Source of the DNA: a virus
IMG/VR virus record: IMGVR_UViG_3300050011_000099
Strand: one strand, 5' to 3'
Length of the DNA stretch: 42,884 nt
Shown here: positions 23,255 to 32,114 of the stretch, piece after piece
How positions within the stretch are numbered: position 1 is the stretch's first letter
How the letters are laid out: every line of letters begins with the position of its first letter
Translations under genes and position numbers: made by a program
Notes under the pieces: generated by a model
Told to the model about the DNA's origin: nothing
Seen by the model: only the letters and a program-made list of their open reading frames with translations
Database searches by the model: none

Positions 23255-24933
23255 CAGACCCCACCGAAGCCCCACTGCTTGCCCAGACCCGTCATCACAC
23301 TGTCCGACATTTGCTGGGCGTTATTAGACGTATTGAACTGCGGCATCGTCACCAGTTTCTGCTGCACCTGGTCCAAGGTTAGAGCCTGCTTCACTCCCGT
23401 CTTAGCATCGGGGGTGGCAATGACCCAGTTCCAGTCGGGAGAAGTGTAGTTAATGCTGCCCGGAGCGATTCCGAGGGTATTGGAAATCATCTGTGAGTAA
23501 GGCTGAGTGTACTGCGTCGGGGTTATTCCTTGGGCAATGGAACTAGCCAGACTGGGATACATCTGGCTGGCCTGGGTTATCATCTGTTGAGTGAACTTCG
23601 CTTCCGCACCGGCGATGAGGTTCGATGAACCAAAGGAAGACCCCGAACCGGTGTAATCCTGCAAGGTCGATTCCACCTGATTCATCAGGCTCTGATTGGT
23701 CAAGAGACTGGCTCCGGGATTAGTGGGGTTATACATCAAATACTGCTGGGCGATGTTCTGAAACCCGGCGTACAACTGGGATGAGATACCGCTCAGTCCG
23801 GTGGGTGCGCCCGTTCCGCTCGGGGTGGCCATTTGGGTGAAATCACTCTGACCAGGAGCCAAGGTGGAGAAGTCCAAGGGGATTTTCCCGGTGTTCTGGC
23901 CTTGGATGTTTTCTAAAGTATCCACGATGGCCTGGTCCAGCCACTCCGCCGCCGTCCCTGAGGCAGTACCAAAACTTCCCGAAGCCACGTAGTTGTTCTT
24001 CGCGTAGGCCAGAGCAATGGCGTCGAGTTGCTGTTTACTAAGAGTTACGCCTATTTGGTTAGCATCCGCCAGGACTTTCTCCTGGGCGTTCTGCAACGCT
24101 TGGTTGGCCTGGGCCGGGTCGGTCCCTGGCGATCCATTGGTCCCGTACGCCTCATCCCAATAACGACCATTGGAAGTGGTGGTCTTCCACCAATTCGTCT
24201 GAGCGAGCATGGACTGAAACTGGTTGGTCGCGGCGGCGTCGGTGGTGGACGGGTCTAGGTTCACCGCCGCATAGAGCATGACCGCATTCACCTGAGGAAT
24301 GTTCTTCCACCAATTCGTCTGGTAGCCGTACTGCGTCTCCAGTTTCGTGTCTATCGTTTTCGCGTAACCAGGATCCTCGACATATTGCTTGATGGTCTGT
24401 TCCATCTTGCCGAGTTCAGTGGAATTGTTAAAAGGCGTCAGGTCGTAGCCATAGAAGCTCTTGATATTGGCACCCGCTATCGGGGCGACGGTCGGGGCCT
24501 TGGGAATGTTGACGGCGCCGACTTCTCCGGAGCCTCCTCCGCCTCCAGTACCTGCCGCTGTAGCCAGATAAGCGTCTAAACCCCCGTAGCCATTGGGCTT
24601 GCCGGTATTCCATATTGATGCTTCGACCTGCTGATTAATGTCTGATACGGAGCCAGCCTTAAAAGCGCTAATAATCGCCGGATAGTTCTTGAGGTTGGCG
24701 ACGGTCGCGTTAATGCCTCCTTGGACGTTCCCAGAGGCTCCAGCCGCGTGCCCGGCCGGATTACCTACTCCGAGGGGGTTGCCCTTGTTGGCCTCAAATG
24801 CAGTGAGGTTCGGGCCGCCCTGTTCGTTAGCGAGCCAGTTGACGAACCCCTGCACGGTCGTAGCGTTTACCGGCGCACCGATACCCTTGAGTACTCCATC
24901 AATGAACTGAGTCGCAGAGGCTGGGATTGTCAC
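23254..24933 (-). CDS. Low-complexity virion protein (559 aa). Putative internal or ejection protein.
   Basis: An ORF with ATGA coupling at both ends. It contains an internal QTNWWK duplication. Confidence 0.55.
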   Translation of the reverse strand: MTIPASATQFIDGVLKGIGAPVNATTVQGFVNWLANEQGGPNLTAFEANKGNPLGVGNPAGHAAGASGNVQGGINATVANLKNYPAIISAFKAGSVSDINQQVEASIWNTGKPNGYGGLDAYLATAAGTGGGGGSGEVGAVNIPKAPTVAPIAGANIKSFYGYDLTPFNNSTELGKMEQTIKQYVEDPGYAKTIDTKLETQYGYQTNWWKNIPQVNAVMLYAAVNLDPSTTDAAATNQFQSMLAQTNWWKTTTSNGRYWDEAYGTNGSPGTDPAQANQALQNAQEKVLADANQIGVTLSKQQLDAIALAYAKNNYVASGSFGTASGTAAEWLDQAIVDTLENIQGQNTGKIPLDFSTLAPGQSDFTQMATPSGTGAPTGLSGISSQLYAGFQNIAQQYLMYNPTNPGASLLTNQSLMNQVESTLQDYTGSGSSFGSSNLIAGAEAKFTQQMITQASQMYPSLASSIAQGITPTQYTQPYSQMISNTLGIAPGSINYTSPDWNWVIATPDAKTGVKQALTLDQVQQKLVTMPQFNTSNNAQQMSDSVMTGLGKQWGFGGV

Positions 24934-26573
24934 GGTGCTCCAGCCCCAACAGTGGTGGGTGCGGTCGTTCCCGCTTGATCGGCTACCGGTCCGGTGAAGG
25001 CATCAGACGCATTCTGGTTGTACATGCTCGTAGTGCCAGAGAGCATCTTGTTAAGGACCTCGCCCCAACTAGCTGACTGCGCGGCGTAGTAACCAGTGGG
25101 GTCAGACTGCTTGGCGGCTAGGTCCGCCTCCGCCGTGGCGTCGGGTGCCGTTGTTTTCACCGTAACGGCATCGTTGTTCACCTGATTCTGCAACGCGGTG
25201 ATCTGATTATTCACTTCGCTGGCAACTGAATCACCAAAAGTCGTGAGGTTGGCGCCTTTAGAAGTCCCCAGCGGAGTGCCGGACGCAATGGCAGAAATGG
25301 CCTTGCTCCAACTTCCACCGTTCGCGTCGTAGGCGTTGGAGAGCAGAGAAGTAAAAGCGCCAAGTTGAACAGACGAGGGGGCGAGTCCCGGTGAGGTGAA
25401 CTTCTTGGCCGCCGGGTAGAGTTTCTGCGCCTCGGTCCAGTCCGCCTGGTTAAGTGCATACGCACCGCCGTAGGTGGTAGAAGTCGGTTGAGCGAAGTGG
25501 GTGGGGGCGATTTGCTGATTGCCGCTCTTTACCTTCTCGTTCACGGTTCGGCTGAACTTCGAAGTAACCACCGGCTGGCGCGACGTTACCGGCGCTCCCA
25601 AGCCACCAATATTGGGAAGCCCTTGGGAAAACTCTGACTGAGCATTCTGCATCGACGTGGTGTTGGTCGCACCCTGAGGAGTAGGAAAGCCGGGAGGAAG
25701 TTTGGCGGTGGTCGTCTGGTTGACCGGTATCGACGCCGTTCCGTTCGCCGCAAACACCGGGCTCGTTCCCTCCAGGTTCGTTTGCGCGGGACCTTGCGTA
25801 GTTCCCGCTCCCGGTAGTTTGGTCCCTGTCACAGCCGCCTGGTAAGCAGAGATGACTGAATCAATCCCGTCAGGACCTAGTTTGTTTAAGGCCGAGACTT
25901 CCGAGTGCGCTTGGGCAATCTCAGCCTGCGCCGCGGCCCTTGGACCTTCGGCGTAAGACGCGTCCTGTCCCTGAACCTGGCTGATGAAGGACTGAATCTG
26001 GGCCTGGTCGGGGGAGTAACCGAGAGCGTTCTCAAACGCTGAAGTTAAGGTTGCCGAGAGAGTAGTCGGATTCTCCTGATTTACAATGGTAGGCGCAGTG
26101 GCTGATTCTGTTGCCTTGGTGAGATCGGCGGAGATTTGGCTCCCGATGGCCGCGGTCGGGGTAGCGTTCTGAGTGAGGAACGAAATGACATCGGTTCCCT
26201 GCGATGCCGCGTCACCCTCCAATGACTTGAATGCAGAGACATTGGTGGAATTTGATATCCCGGTAGCAGCCGTCGTAGACAGAGCGCCTATCGCCACCAT
26301 CTGGTCTTGAATGCTTTGACGTTCTTGCTGCGTCATGGCGACGTACGAGGCCAAGTCCGCGGCCTGCTGGTTCAACTGTCCATTGGTGAGGAAGAACTGC
26401 TGCTCGGCTGAAGTTATGCCGTAGGCCGGATCAGAGAAGAACTCCGCAGGAGTGGTGGACTTTTGGAACGCTGCTAGTTGCGCCGACGTGGTGCCATCAG
26501 AACCACCGGCGAAAGAACCCGAGGTCCCGGCTGTTGAATTTCCGGTCGGGTTGTAGGCCGCGATGGCACCCAT
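24930..26573 (-). CDS. Low-complexity virion protein (547 aa). Putative internal or ejection protein.
   Basis: TAATG coupling to the 1496-aa gene. The composition is Q/N/T/S/A/G-rich. Confidence 0.55.
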   Translation of the reverse strand: MGAIAAYNPTGNSTAGTSGSFAGGSDGTTSAQLAAFQKSTTPAEFFSDPAYGITSAEQQFFLTNGQLNQQAADLASYVAMTQQERQSIQDQMVAIGALSTTAATGISNSTNVSAFKSLEGDAASQGTDVISFLTQNATPTAAIGSQISADLTKATESATAPTIVNQENPTTLSATLTSAFENALGYSPDQAQIQSFISQVQGQDASYAEGPRAAAQAEIAQAHSEVSALNKLGPDGIDSVISAYQAAVTGTKLPGAGTTQGPAQTNLEGTSPVFAANGTASIPVNQTTTAKLPPGFPTPQGATNTTSMQNAQSEFSQGLPNIGGLGAPVTSRQPVVTSKFSRTVNEKVKSGNQQIAPTHFAQPTSTTYGGAYALNQADWTEAQKLYPAAKKFTSPGLAPSSVQLGAFTSLLSNAYDANGGSWSKAISAIASGTPLGTSKGANLTTFGDSVASEVNNQITALQNQVNNDAVTVKTTAPDATAEADLAAKQSDPTGYYAAQSASWGEVLNKMLSGTTSMYNQNASDAFTGPVADQAGTTAPTTVGAGAP

Positions 26574-29500
26574 TATGGAGTCTTCCAGTTCTTAGCAGTG
26601 AAGGTTCCCGGCGTAGCGTTCGCAATGTTCACCTGTGGAGCAGTAGCCGTAGGTATCGACATGAAGAGTCCGGTAATAACGTTAATCATCTCCGGGTCCG
26701 AGGTAGCAGTAGACACCAAGTAATTGTCCCACGAGTCCTTGGCTTCGGTTTGCATAGTGCTGGAACTTCCATCAGTAGTAAGGGTGGTTATCTGGTTCTG
26801 GTAGGCGGCGTAACCCTGCAATAAGGTCCGGGTGTTGTTGGCAATGTCCGACGTAATGCCGGGATTCTCGTTGAGTAGTTTGGTCATCTGGATTATCGCC
26901 TGACCTCTTTCGGTCTCCCTTGAGTCAGAGTTGAACCAGTTGCCCCAGACGGGATTCTGCTGGGCGTACTTTCCTATCGTCCCACTACCTAAAGTACCGT
27001 TGCCCCAAAACGCCTGGTCAGCGTTGTATTTATCCGTTCCGGAAAGACTCTTGATCTGCGCTTCGTACTGCGCCAGCCACTTGTAGAAAATCGAATTACC
27101 GGCCGCGATGTACAAAGCATCGATGTACGAAGGCACCGAGCCGTTCTGCGTCCACTGCTCAGGGTCCAACTTGGACCTTAAGTTCTGGGCGATCTGCTCG
27201 TTGTAGACGGCCGCGTTGTACTTGGTCGATAACCCAGTGGTCGGCATCAGGAGAATCCCGGCATTGGGATAGCGGGTTATGAGGTCGTAGTTCTGGTTAA
27301 TCCAATTCTCCGCCGCCGTTGAAGAGGGCACGCTCATCCCTGTTTGCTCCGAACTCTGCCAGACCGTGAACGGCGTAGCGTCGGGATGCTTGGAAAGGAA
27401 CTCCTGCAAGCCCGCGCTCACAGACTTCTTCGCAGTGATATCAGCGGACAGTTCTTGAGAGAACTGGTTATAGACCTGGTTGGTCAACTCAGGCGAGACT
27501 GGAGTAACCGCACCAACTAATGCTTTCATGGTGTAGAGAATCCTGGTCTGCATTCTCACCCGGTCCATGAACGCTTGCATCACTCGGTAGTTACTCCCCG
27601 CGGGTGGAATCTTGCCTTCGTAGTCGAGCGTCGCCAAGGTCTGCATCATCGTGGAGTCAAAACTTCGTGTATTGAATCCTGGCATCCACGCTGTGAGCAG
27701 GCGCTGTGCAACGGTGTTAGGGATCATCTGCTCGTAGATGGGTTCGGTAGAAGTCGGGCCAAGAATGGTAGAGGCATCTGCCGACAGGTCAGCCTTCAAT
27801 ACTGGAGACAAGGTTTCGGGAAACGCTTGGGCGATGGCAGAAACGGCAATGGAAACCAGTGGGCCAATATCTGGACGCACTCCTGCCGAGAGAGGGAAGA
27901 TGACGCTAGAACTTGAGAGGTTCCAACCCATCCCAACGGGAGTAGATGAGTCAGCATCGACCCCCATCATCGAAAGACCAGCGACTGCACCGGAAGTTAA
28001 GAATCCAGTCCCCGGCATCACTAGGTAGCCTTGCCCATTCTTGCCAGAGAACACTTGGCCCACGTCGTGCATGTTGGAAATCATCAACTGGTACTTGCGA
28101 AAGGCTGCGGGGTCTTCGGCTAGCAACCTCCCCATCCTGCGATACGCCTGCTCTTGAGCGAAGTAGAACGGTGCCCAGTTCCTGAACGTCTCAGTCCACT
28201 GGGTTCTATCGGTCAGGTTGTGGACGTTCTTGATGACGTTCTGAGTCGAGGTAATCATGGCTTGAGCGTGCGCCTCTTCGTCAGTGCGTATGCCATCTTC
28301 TACTGACTGTTCCAGTATGCCTCGCTGCGCCCTGTACTCCGCGAAGGCAATTGGTTCACGAGAGAGGAAGTTGACCATTGGATTGAGGACCCTGCGAAAT
28401 CCCGAGTTCGCGATTCTCTGTAATCTCGGATCACCGTTGGGCAGTGGCAATCTACCCGACACCATTGCGGGTCGGTCCTCACCAGAAATGTTGCGCAGTT
28501 CGTTGTCGTCAACGGTCTCGCCGTTTCTGATGTGGTCTAAGAGTTCCGTGCGTACAGTGCCGTTCTTTCCCGTCACGAGTCCTCGTACATTGTCCGTGAC
28601 GGCTCGCGCCCATTCGTCGTACTGGTCCATGTCCGGAGGGCGAGGTGTCTCCTTGGGAAACGATGTGATGGTCTCCTTGGAACGAAGCATCTTGCCGCGT
28701 TCCTTTAACGGCATGTTGCGCTGGAAGTCGGCAACGTCAGGGTACGCCGCGTGCGTCGCTTCATCAAGGCTGAGGCCGCTGTCTAATCCATCGCGCAGTT
28801 TGCCCGCGGCCAACTGCGAAGCATCGTCGTTACCGACTTCATGCAACCTTGCCTGCCATGCATCGTTGAACTGCGCGTGACCATCTTGGAAGATGCCGAA
28901 GTCGTCGCCCGTCTTGGGCTTCTTGGGAGAGTTGAAAAAACTGCTGCGCAACGCATTAGTGGATTTCTCGTCTCGCGGAGTCAGGTCATCAGCGAATGAC
29001 TCCGAACCATGCCCCGCAGCCACGTTCAGAGGAACGCCAGTGGGGTCAGTTCCTTCTATGAAATCAACGGCGTAGTTGAGGTCCTTCTCCGTCGTGTTAT
29101 CTATTACGCCCGGAGTCACCGCTCTCGCCCCACGAATGAGTTTCCACGCTAACGCCGCTACCACCGAGGCATCGCCCTCACTGACCTTCACGCCGATCTT
29201 GGCGGCGGACAGTTCCATGCGCGAGCGAACCATGTTCACTATCCCCAGACGAAGGGTGTTGGGTATCAACTCCGCGAGTGCAATGTGTAGCGCATACGAA
29301 GGCGACATCAGGACCCAGCGTTTGAAAATCGGCGCGGTCAGATGGTCGAAGGCAAAGTCATCGAGCCCGCCAATCTTTGCCATTATCTTCTGATCGCCCA
29401 AGATGCGTGAGACGCGACGGGCCTGCAACATATCAAGACCGGAAATTGGACCCGTCTGATTCTTGGTTATCCCGGCGCTCATCGTCGTTCCGGTCTCGGT

Positions 29501-31063
29501 GTCGCGAACCTTGGAGATGTCAGCCATTGGATCGCCGCCCATCCCGTACACCGCGTCCTTGCCGAACATCCCCGTGTCAATGAAGCGAGTAATAGCATCG
29601 CCCCACATCTGTTGCACCTTGGGGTCCTCAGATTTTGACGCGAGGAAATCCTCCATTGAGATGCCGCGCATCTTGGCCGTGTTCGCCAATGTGGACCACA
29701 CGAGCTTGCGCCAAATCTTTATCTTTCCCGGAAGGTCGGCGTTCGCGTACTCCGTCATGATGGCCGCAGCGACGGTTCGGTTCTCTGTGAATAACGCGGT
29801 ACGTCCAACGAACAACGTCCCGTCATCTTCACCAACGGGGTTGAACTCTTTGTTGGTCCACACTTTCGTCGCGTCGTCAATTGATTCAGGTAAGCGAGAA
29901 GTCGCGTGATACAGCCGTTGCATTCCCGGCAATGTTGAATCGCCCATCGCTTCATGCGCCAACTGAAATGGCAGACGAGTGACTGACAACGTAGGTAACT
30001 TGTCGAAGTACACCATCTCGTGTGTGCGCACGATGTCACGGAATATCTTGGTTACGTCTTCTTCCGTATTCGCATCACCTAACGCTTTTAGCAATTCACT
30101 CTGTTGGGCCAACGGTTTGTACGCCGAAGTGAGAGCAATCTCACCCGCGTTCTTCGACGCGATATCCGCGAAGGCCCTACGGACGTTCCCACCACTGAAC
30201 GAACCAAGGAGGTGGTCGAATGCCTCGGTCGTCTGTGGCGATTTTCCGGGGAACATATCACCCAGGGTTCCGCCTAATCCTGCTGCTGAATTTGCCTTAC
30301 CCGCGAGCCCAAGTAACTCCGTTCCGCCCACGTTCATGTCGAAGATTCCGTCAATGAGGCCTGAAGTTATTTTAAACGCTGGACCGTTACGTTCAAAGCC
30401 GGGGACGCCGAGGCTGTCAAGTTCCGAGGTTAAGTCTCTACCTATGGACACCTGTTGGTGGGTATTGGGGTCGGCGTAGGAAGCCTTGGCGGTGCGATCC
30501 CAGGAGTCCTTGTAAAAGAGTTGGCTCTCTATTCCAGTTGCCGCCTCGGCTCCCAAGTCAGCGCCGTAGAAACTACCGGTGGTCATGGCCCCCGCCACTG
30601 CTCCACCGGCTATGCCCAAACCTTCCAATAGCGCCGCGGTCATGCCGTGGGTGGCTTCCACATCATGCAGATACCGATACTCGTGTTGAACAATTTGCAT
30701 GGGTTTGTTCATGGTCGAAAGAACTTTGCTTCCTACGTCGATAGCGCCTTGCACTACGTCGTGTCCCACCGCGCCAACGTCAGCAACGACGTGATTTCCG
30801 AACCAGTCCAGAGCGTGCTGCAAGGTGTCGCTTCCCCCAACGGCAGTGGAAACGGCGGCGTGAGCGTTGGTATCCGAAAGGATGTTCGTCCCTCTGGCAA
30901 CCGCTTGAGAGTTGCCCTGCACGTCACCACCGGCGCTGGCAATCCCTACGCTAAGACCCGGCGATTTGCTTAATTCCGGCGCTGTGTTAAGAACGGTGTT
31001 AAGAGAAGTAGCGAATGCGCTCGGATCACTAGGAGGTGGCGCTTGACTAGAAGTGTCGGTCAC
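26573..31063 (-). CDS. Giant virion protein (1496 aa) of unknown function. Putative internal or ejection protein.
   Basis: A long uninterrupted ORF with a GTG start. I could not recognise any enzymatic motif by eye. Confidence 0.6.
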   Translation of the reverse strand: MTDTSSQAPPPSDPSAFATSLNTVLNTAPELSKSPGLSVGIASAGGDVQGNSQAVARGTNILSDTNAHAAVSTAVGGSDTLQHALDWFGNHVVADVGAVGHDVVQGAIDVGSKVLSTMNKPMQIVQHEYRYLHDVEATHGMTAALLEGLGIAGGAVAGAMTTGSFYGADLGAEAATGIESQLFYKDSWDRTAKASYADPNTHQQVSIGRDLTSELDSLGVPGFERNGPAFKITSGLIDGIFDMNVGGTELLGLAGKANSAAGLGGTLGDMFPGKSPQTTEAFDHLLGSFSGGNVRRAFADIASKNAGEIALTSAYKPLAQQSELLKALGDANTEEDVTKIFRDIVRTHEMVYFDKLPTLSVTRLPFQLAHEAMGDSTLPGMQRLYHATSRLPESIDDATKVWTNKEFNPVGEDDGTLFVGRTALFTENRTVAAAIMTEYANADLPGKIKIWRKLVWSTLANTAKMRGISMEDFLASKSEDPKVQQMWGDAITRFIDTGMFGKDAVYGMGGDPMADISKVRDTETGTTMSAGITKNQTGPISGLDMLQARRVSRILGDQKIMAKIGGLDDFAFDHLTAPIFKRWVLMSPSYALHIALAELIPNTLRLGIVNMVRSRMELSAAKIGVKVSEGDASVVAALAWKLIRGARAVTPGVIDNTTEKDLNYAVDFIEGTDPTGVPLNVAAGHGSESFADDLTPRDEKSTNALRSSFFNSPKKPKTGDDFGIFQDGHAQFNDAWQARLHEVGNDDASQLAAGKLRDGLDSGLSLDEATHAAYPDVADFQRNMPLKERGKMLRSKETITSFPKETPRPPDMDQYDEWARAVTDNVRGLVTGKNGTVRTELLDHIRNGETVDDNELRNISGEDRPAMVSGRLPLPNGDPRLQRIANSGFRRVLNPMVNFLSREPIAFAEYRAQRGILEQSVEDGIRTDEEAHAQAMITSTQNVIKNVHNLTDRTQWTETFRNWAPFYFAQEQAYRRMGRLLAEDPAAFRKYQLMISNMHDVGQVFSGKNGQGYLVMPGTGFLTSGAVAGLSMMGVDADSSTPVGMGWNLSSSSVIFPLSAGVRPDIGPLVSIAVSAIAQAFPETLSPVLKADLSADASTILGPTSTEPIYEQMIPNTVAQRLLTAWMPGFNTRSFDSTMMQTLATLDYEGKIPPAGSNYRVMQAFMDRVRMQTRILYTMKALVGAVTPVSPELTNQVYNQFSQELSADITAKKSVSAGLQEFLSKHPDATPFTVWQSSEQTGMSVPSSTAAENWINQNYDLITRYPNAGILLMPTTGLSTKYNAAVYNEQIAQNLRSKLDPEQWTQNGSVPSYIDALYIAAGNSIFYKWLAQYEAQIKSLSGTDKYNADQAFWGNGTLGSGTIGKYAQQNPVWGNWFNSDSRETERGQAIIQMTKLLNENPGITSDIANNTRTLLQGYAAYQNQITTLTTDGSSSTMQTEAKDSWDNYLVSTATSDPEMINVITGLFMSIPTATAPQVNIANATPGTFTAKNWKTP

Positions 31064-31149
31064 AACTGGGCCTTAATCATCGTGTGGTCGTGGTGCGCCG
31101 TCGTGTGGGGTGGAAGCCTTATTGGCTTTGCGCTGTTCACTTGGCACCA

Positions 31150-31605
31150 CTAGGCGGCTCCCCCTTGAGCCCTTGCTGCTAAATCTTTAATCGCTGAGGT
31201 CGCGTTGGGTTGCGCGGCCAGCGAAGTAAGCAAGTGACTTAGCGTTCCCTGTTCAACTGCACCCTGACGTGCCGCTGCGCCAATACCTTGCAACGCTTCC
31301 GGACCCGCGCCCGGTCCCATTGGCAGTCCGTGGGTGACGGGTTCGTTGGGACGTTCGGTGGGACGAGTGAGAGGACCATTGGCACCAGGGACTGCTAAAG
31401 GCTGTTGAGGTGCTTGGGGCTGCGCCTGCGGAGGAGTCTGAGTCGGCGCAGCCCCAAGAGGTGGTTGACCCATGGGGATTGCTTGTGCTGCTGCACGCTG
31501 CGCGGCAGCGACACCGTAGGGTTGGTTCGGTACTGCTTGCGCGGAGGGCTGCGTGAGGTCAGCGCGATTCGGTTGCAGTTGGCGAGAGGCGCGAGCGTGT
31601 GGCAT
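31150..31605 (-). CDS. P/Q/A-rich protein (151 aa).
   Basis: ATGA overlap with the endonuclease VII stop. It shows colinear similarity to the portal C-terminal tail. Confidence 0.6.
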   Translation of the reverse strand: MPHARASRQLQPNRADLTQPSAQAVPNQPYGVAAAQRAAAQAIPMGQPPLGAAPTQTPPQAQPQAPQQPLAVPGANGPLTRPTERPNEPVTHGLPMGPGAGPEALQGIGAAARQGAVEQGTLSHLLTSLAAQPNATSAIKDLAARAQGGAA

Positions 31606-32114
31606 CAGCGAAACCGATCAAGGTACGCGATGGCATTGTGCAACAAAAGGGGACTGTCACGCAAATGACCAAGCCCGGAATTGCACGGGCGGCAAAGAAG
31701 TCCGCGAACACATGCGCCGCAACTCTTCTTTCCGGGACAGCATGAATGGTCATGGTCTACAGCCCAGCCGCCTTTCTTGGTACCGGGATCGTCGCCCCCA
31801 CAGATAGCGCAAACCCCTCCTTGCGAAGCCAGAAGATCTAAATAGTCCTGTTCAGTGAGGTTATAGAAATTACGTAGAGCAATGATGCGCTGTTTCGCGT
31901 TCAATTCATCTTTGTTCGCTTCGTAATAAGCCCTGTCGTTTTCCTTGATTCGCTCGGCGTTACGCACACGCCATTCACGATGGTAGGAAGCCTGATATTC
32001 CTTGCGTCCAGAAGTCAATCGACGCTCAGCATCTCGTTCGCGGCCTCGGCGTAGCACCTCCTCGCGATTCGCCTCGCGGTACGCGCGCTGGCGCTCGGCG
32101 TCGTATTTGCTCAT
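31605..32114 (-). CDS. Recombination endonuclease VII family nuclease.
   Basis: CAICGG..WAVDHDHSCC..CVRGLLCRPCNSGLGHL is the Endonuclease_7 signature. It has ATGA overlaps on both sides. Confidence 0.85.
   Translation of the reverse strand: MSKYDAERQRAYREANREEVLRRGRERDAERRLTSGRKEYQASYHREWRVRNAERIKENDRAYYEANKDELNAKQRIIALRNFYNLTEQDYLDLLASQGGVCAICGGDDPGTKKGGWAVDHDHSCCPGKKSCGACVRGLLCRPCNSGLGHLRDSPLLLHNAIAYLDRFR

Noticed and set aside
26573-31063. The 1496-aa protein as a tape measure protein.
   Set aside because: It lies upstream of the scaffold and capsid genes. No tail-tube, chaperone-frameshift or other siphovirus tail genes are present. It also lacks the long regular helical repeat look of tape measures.
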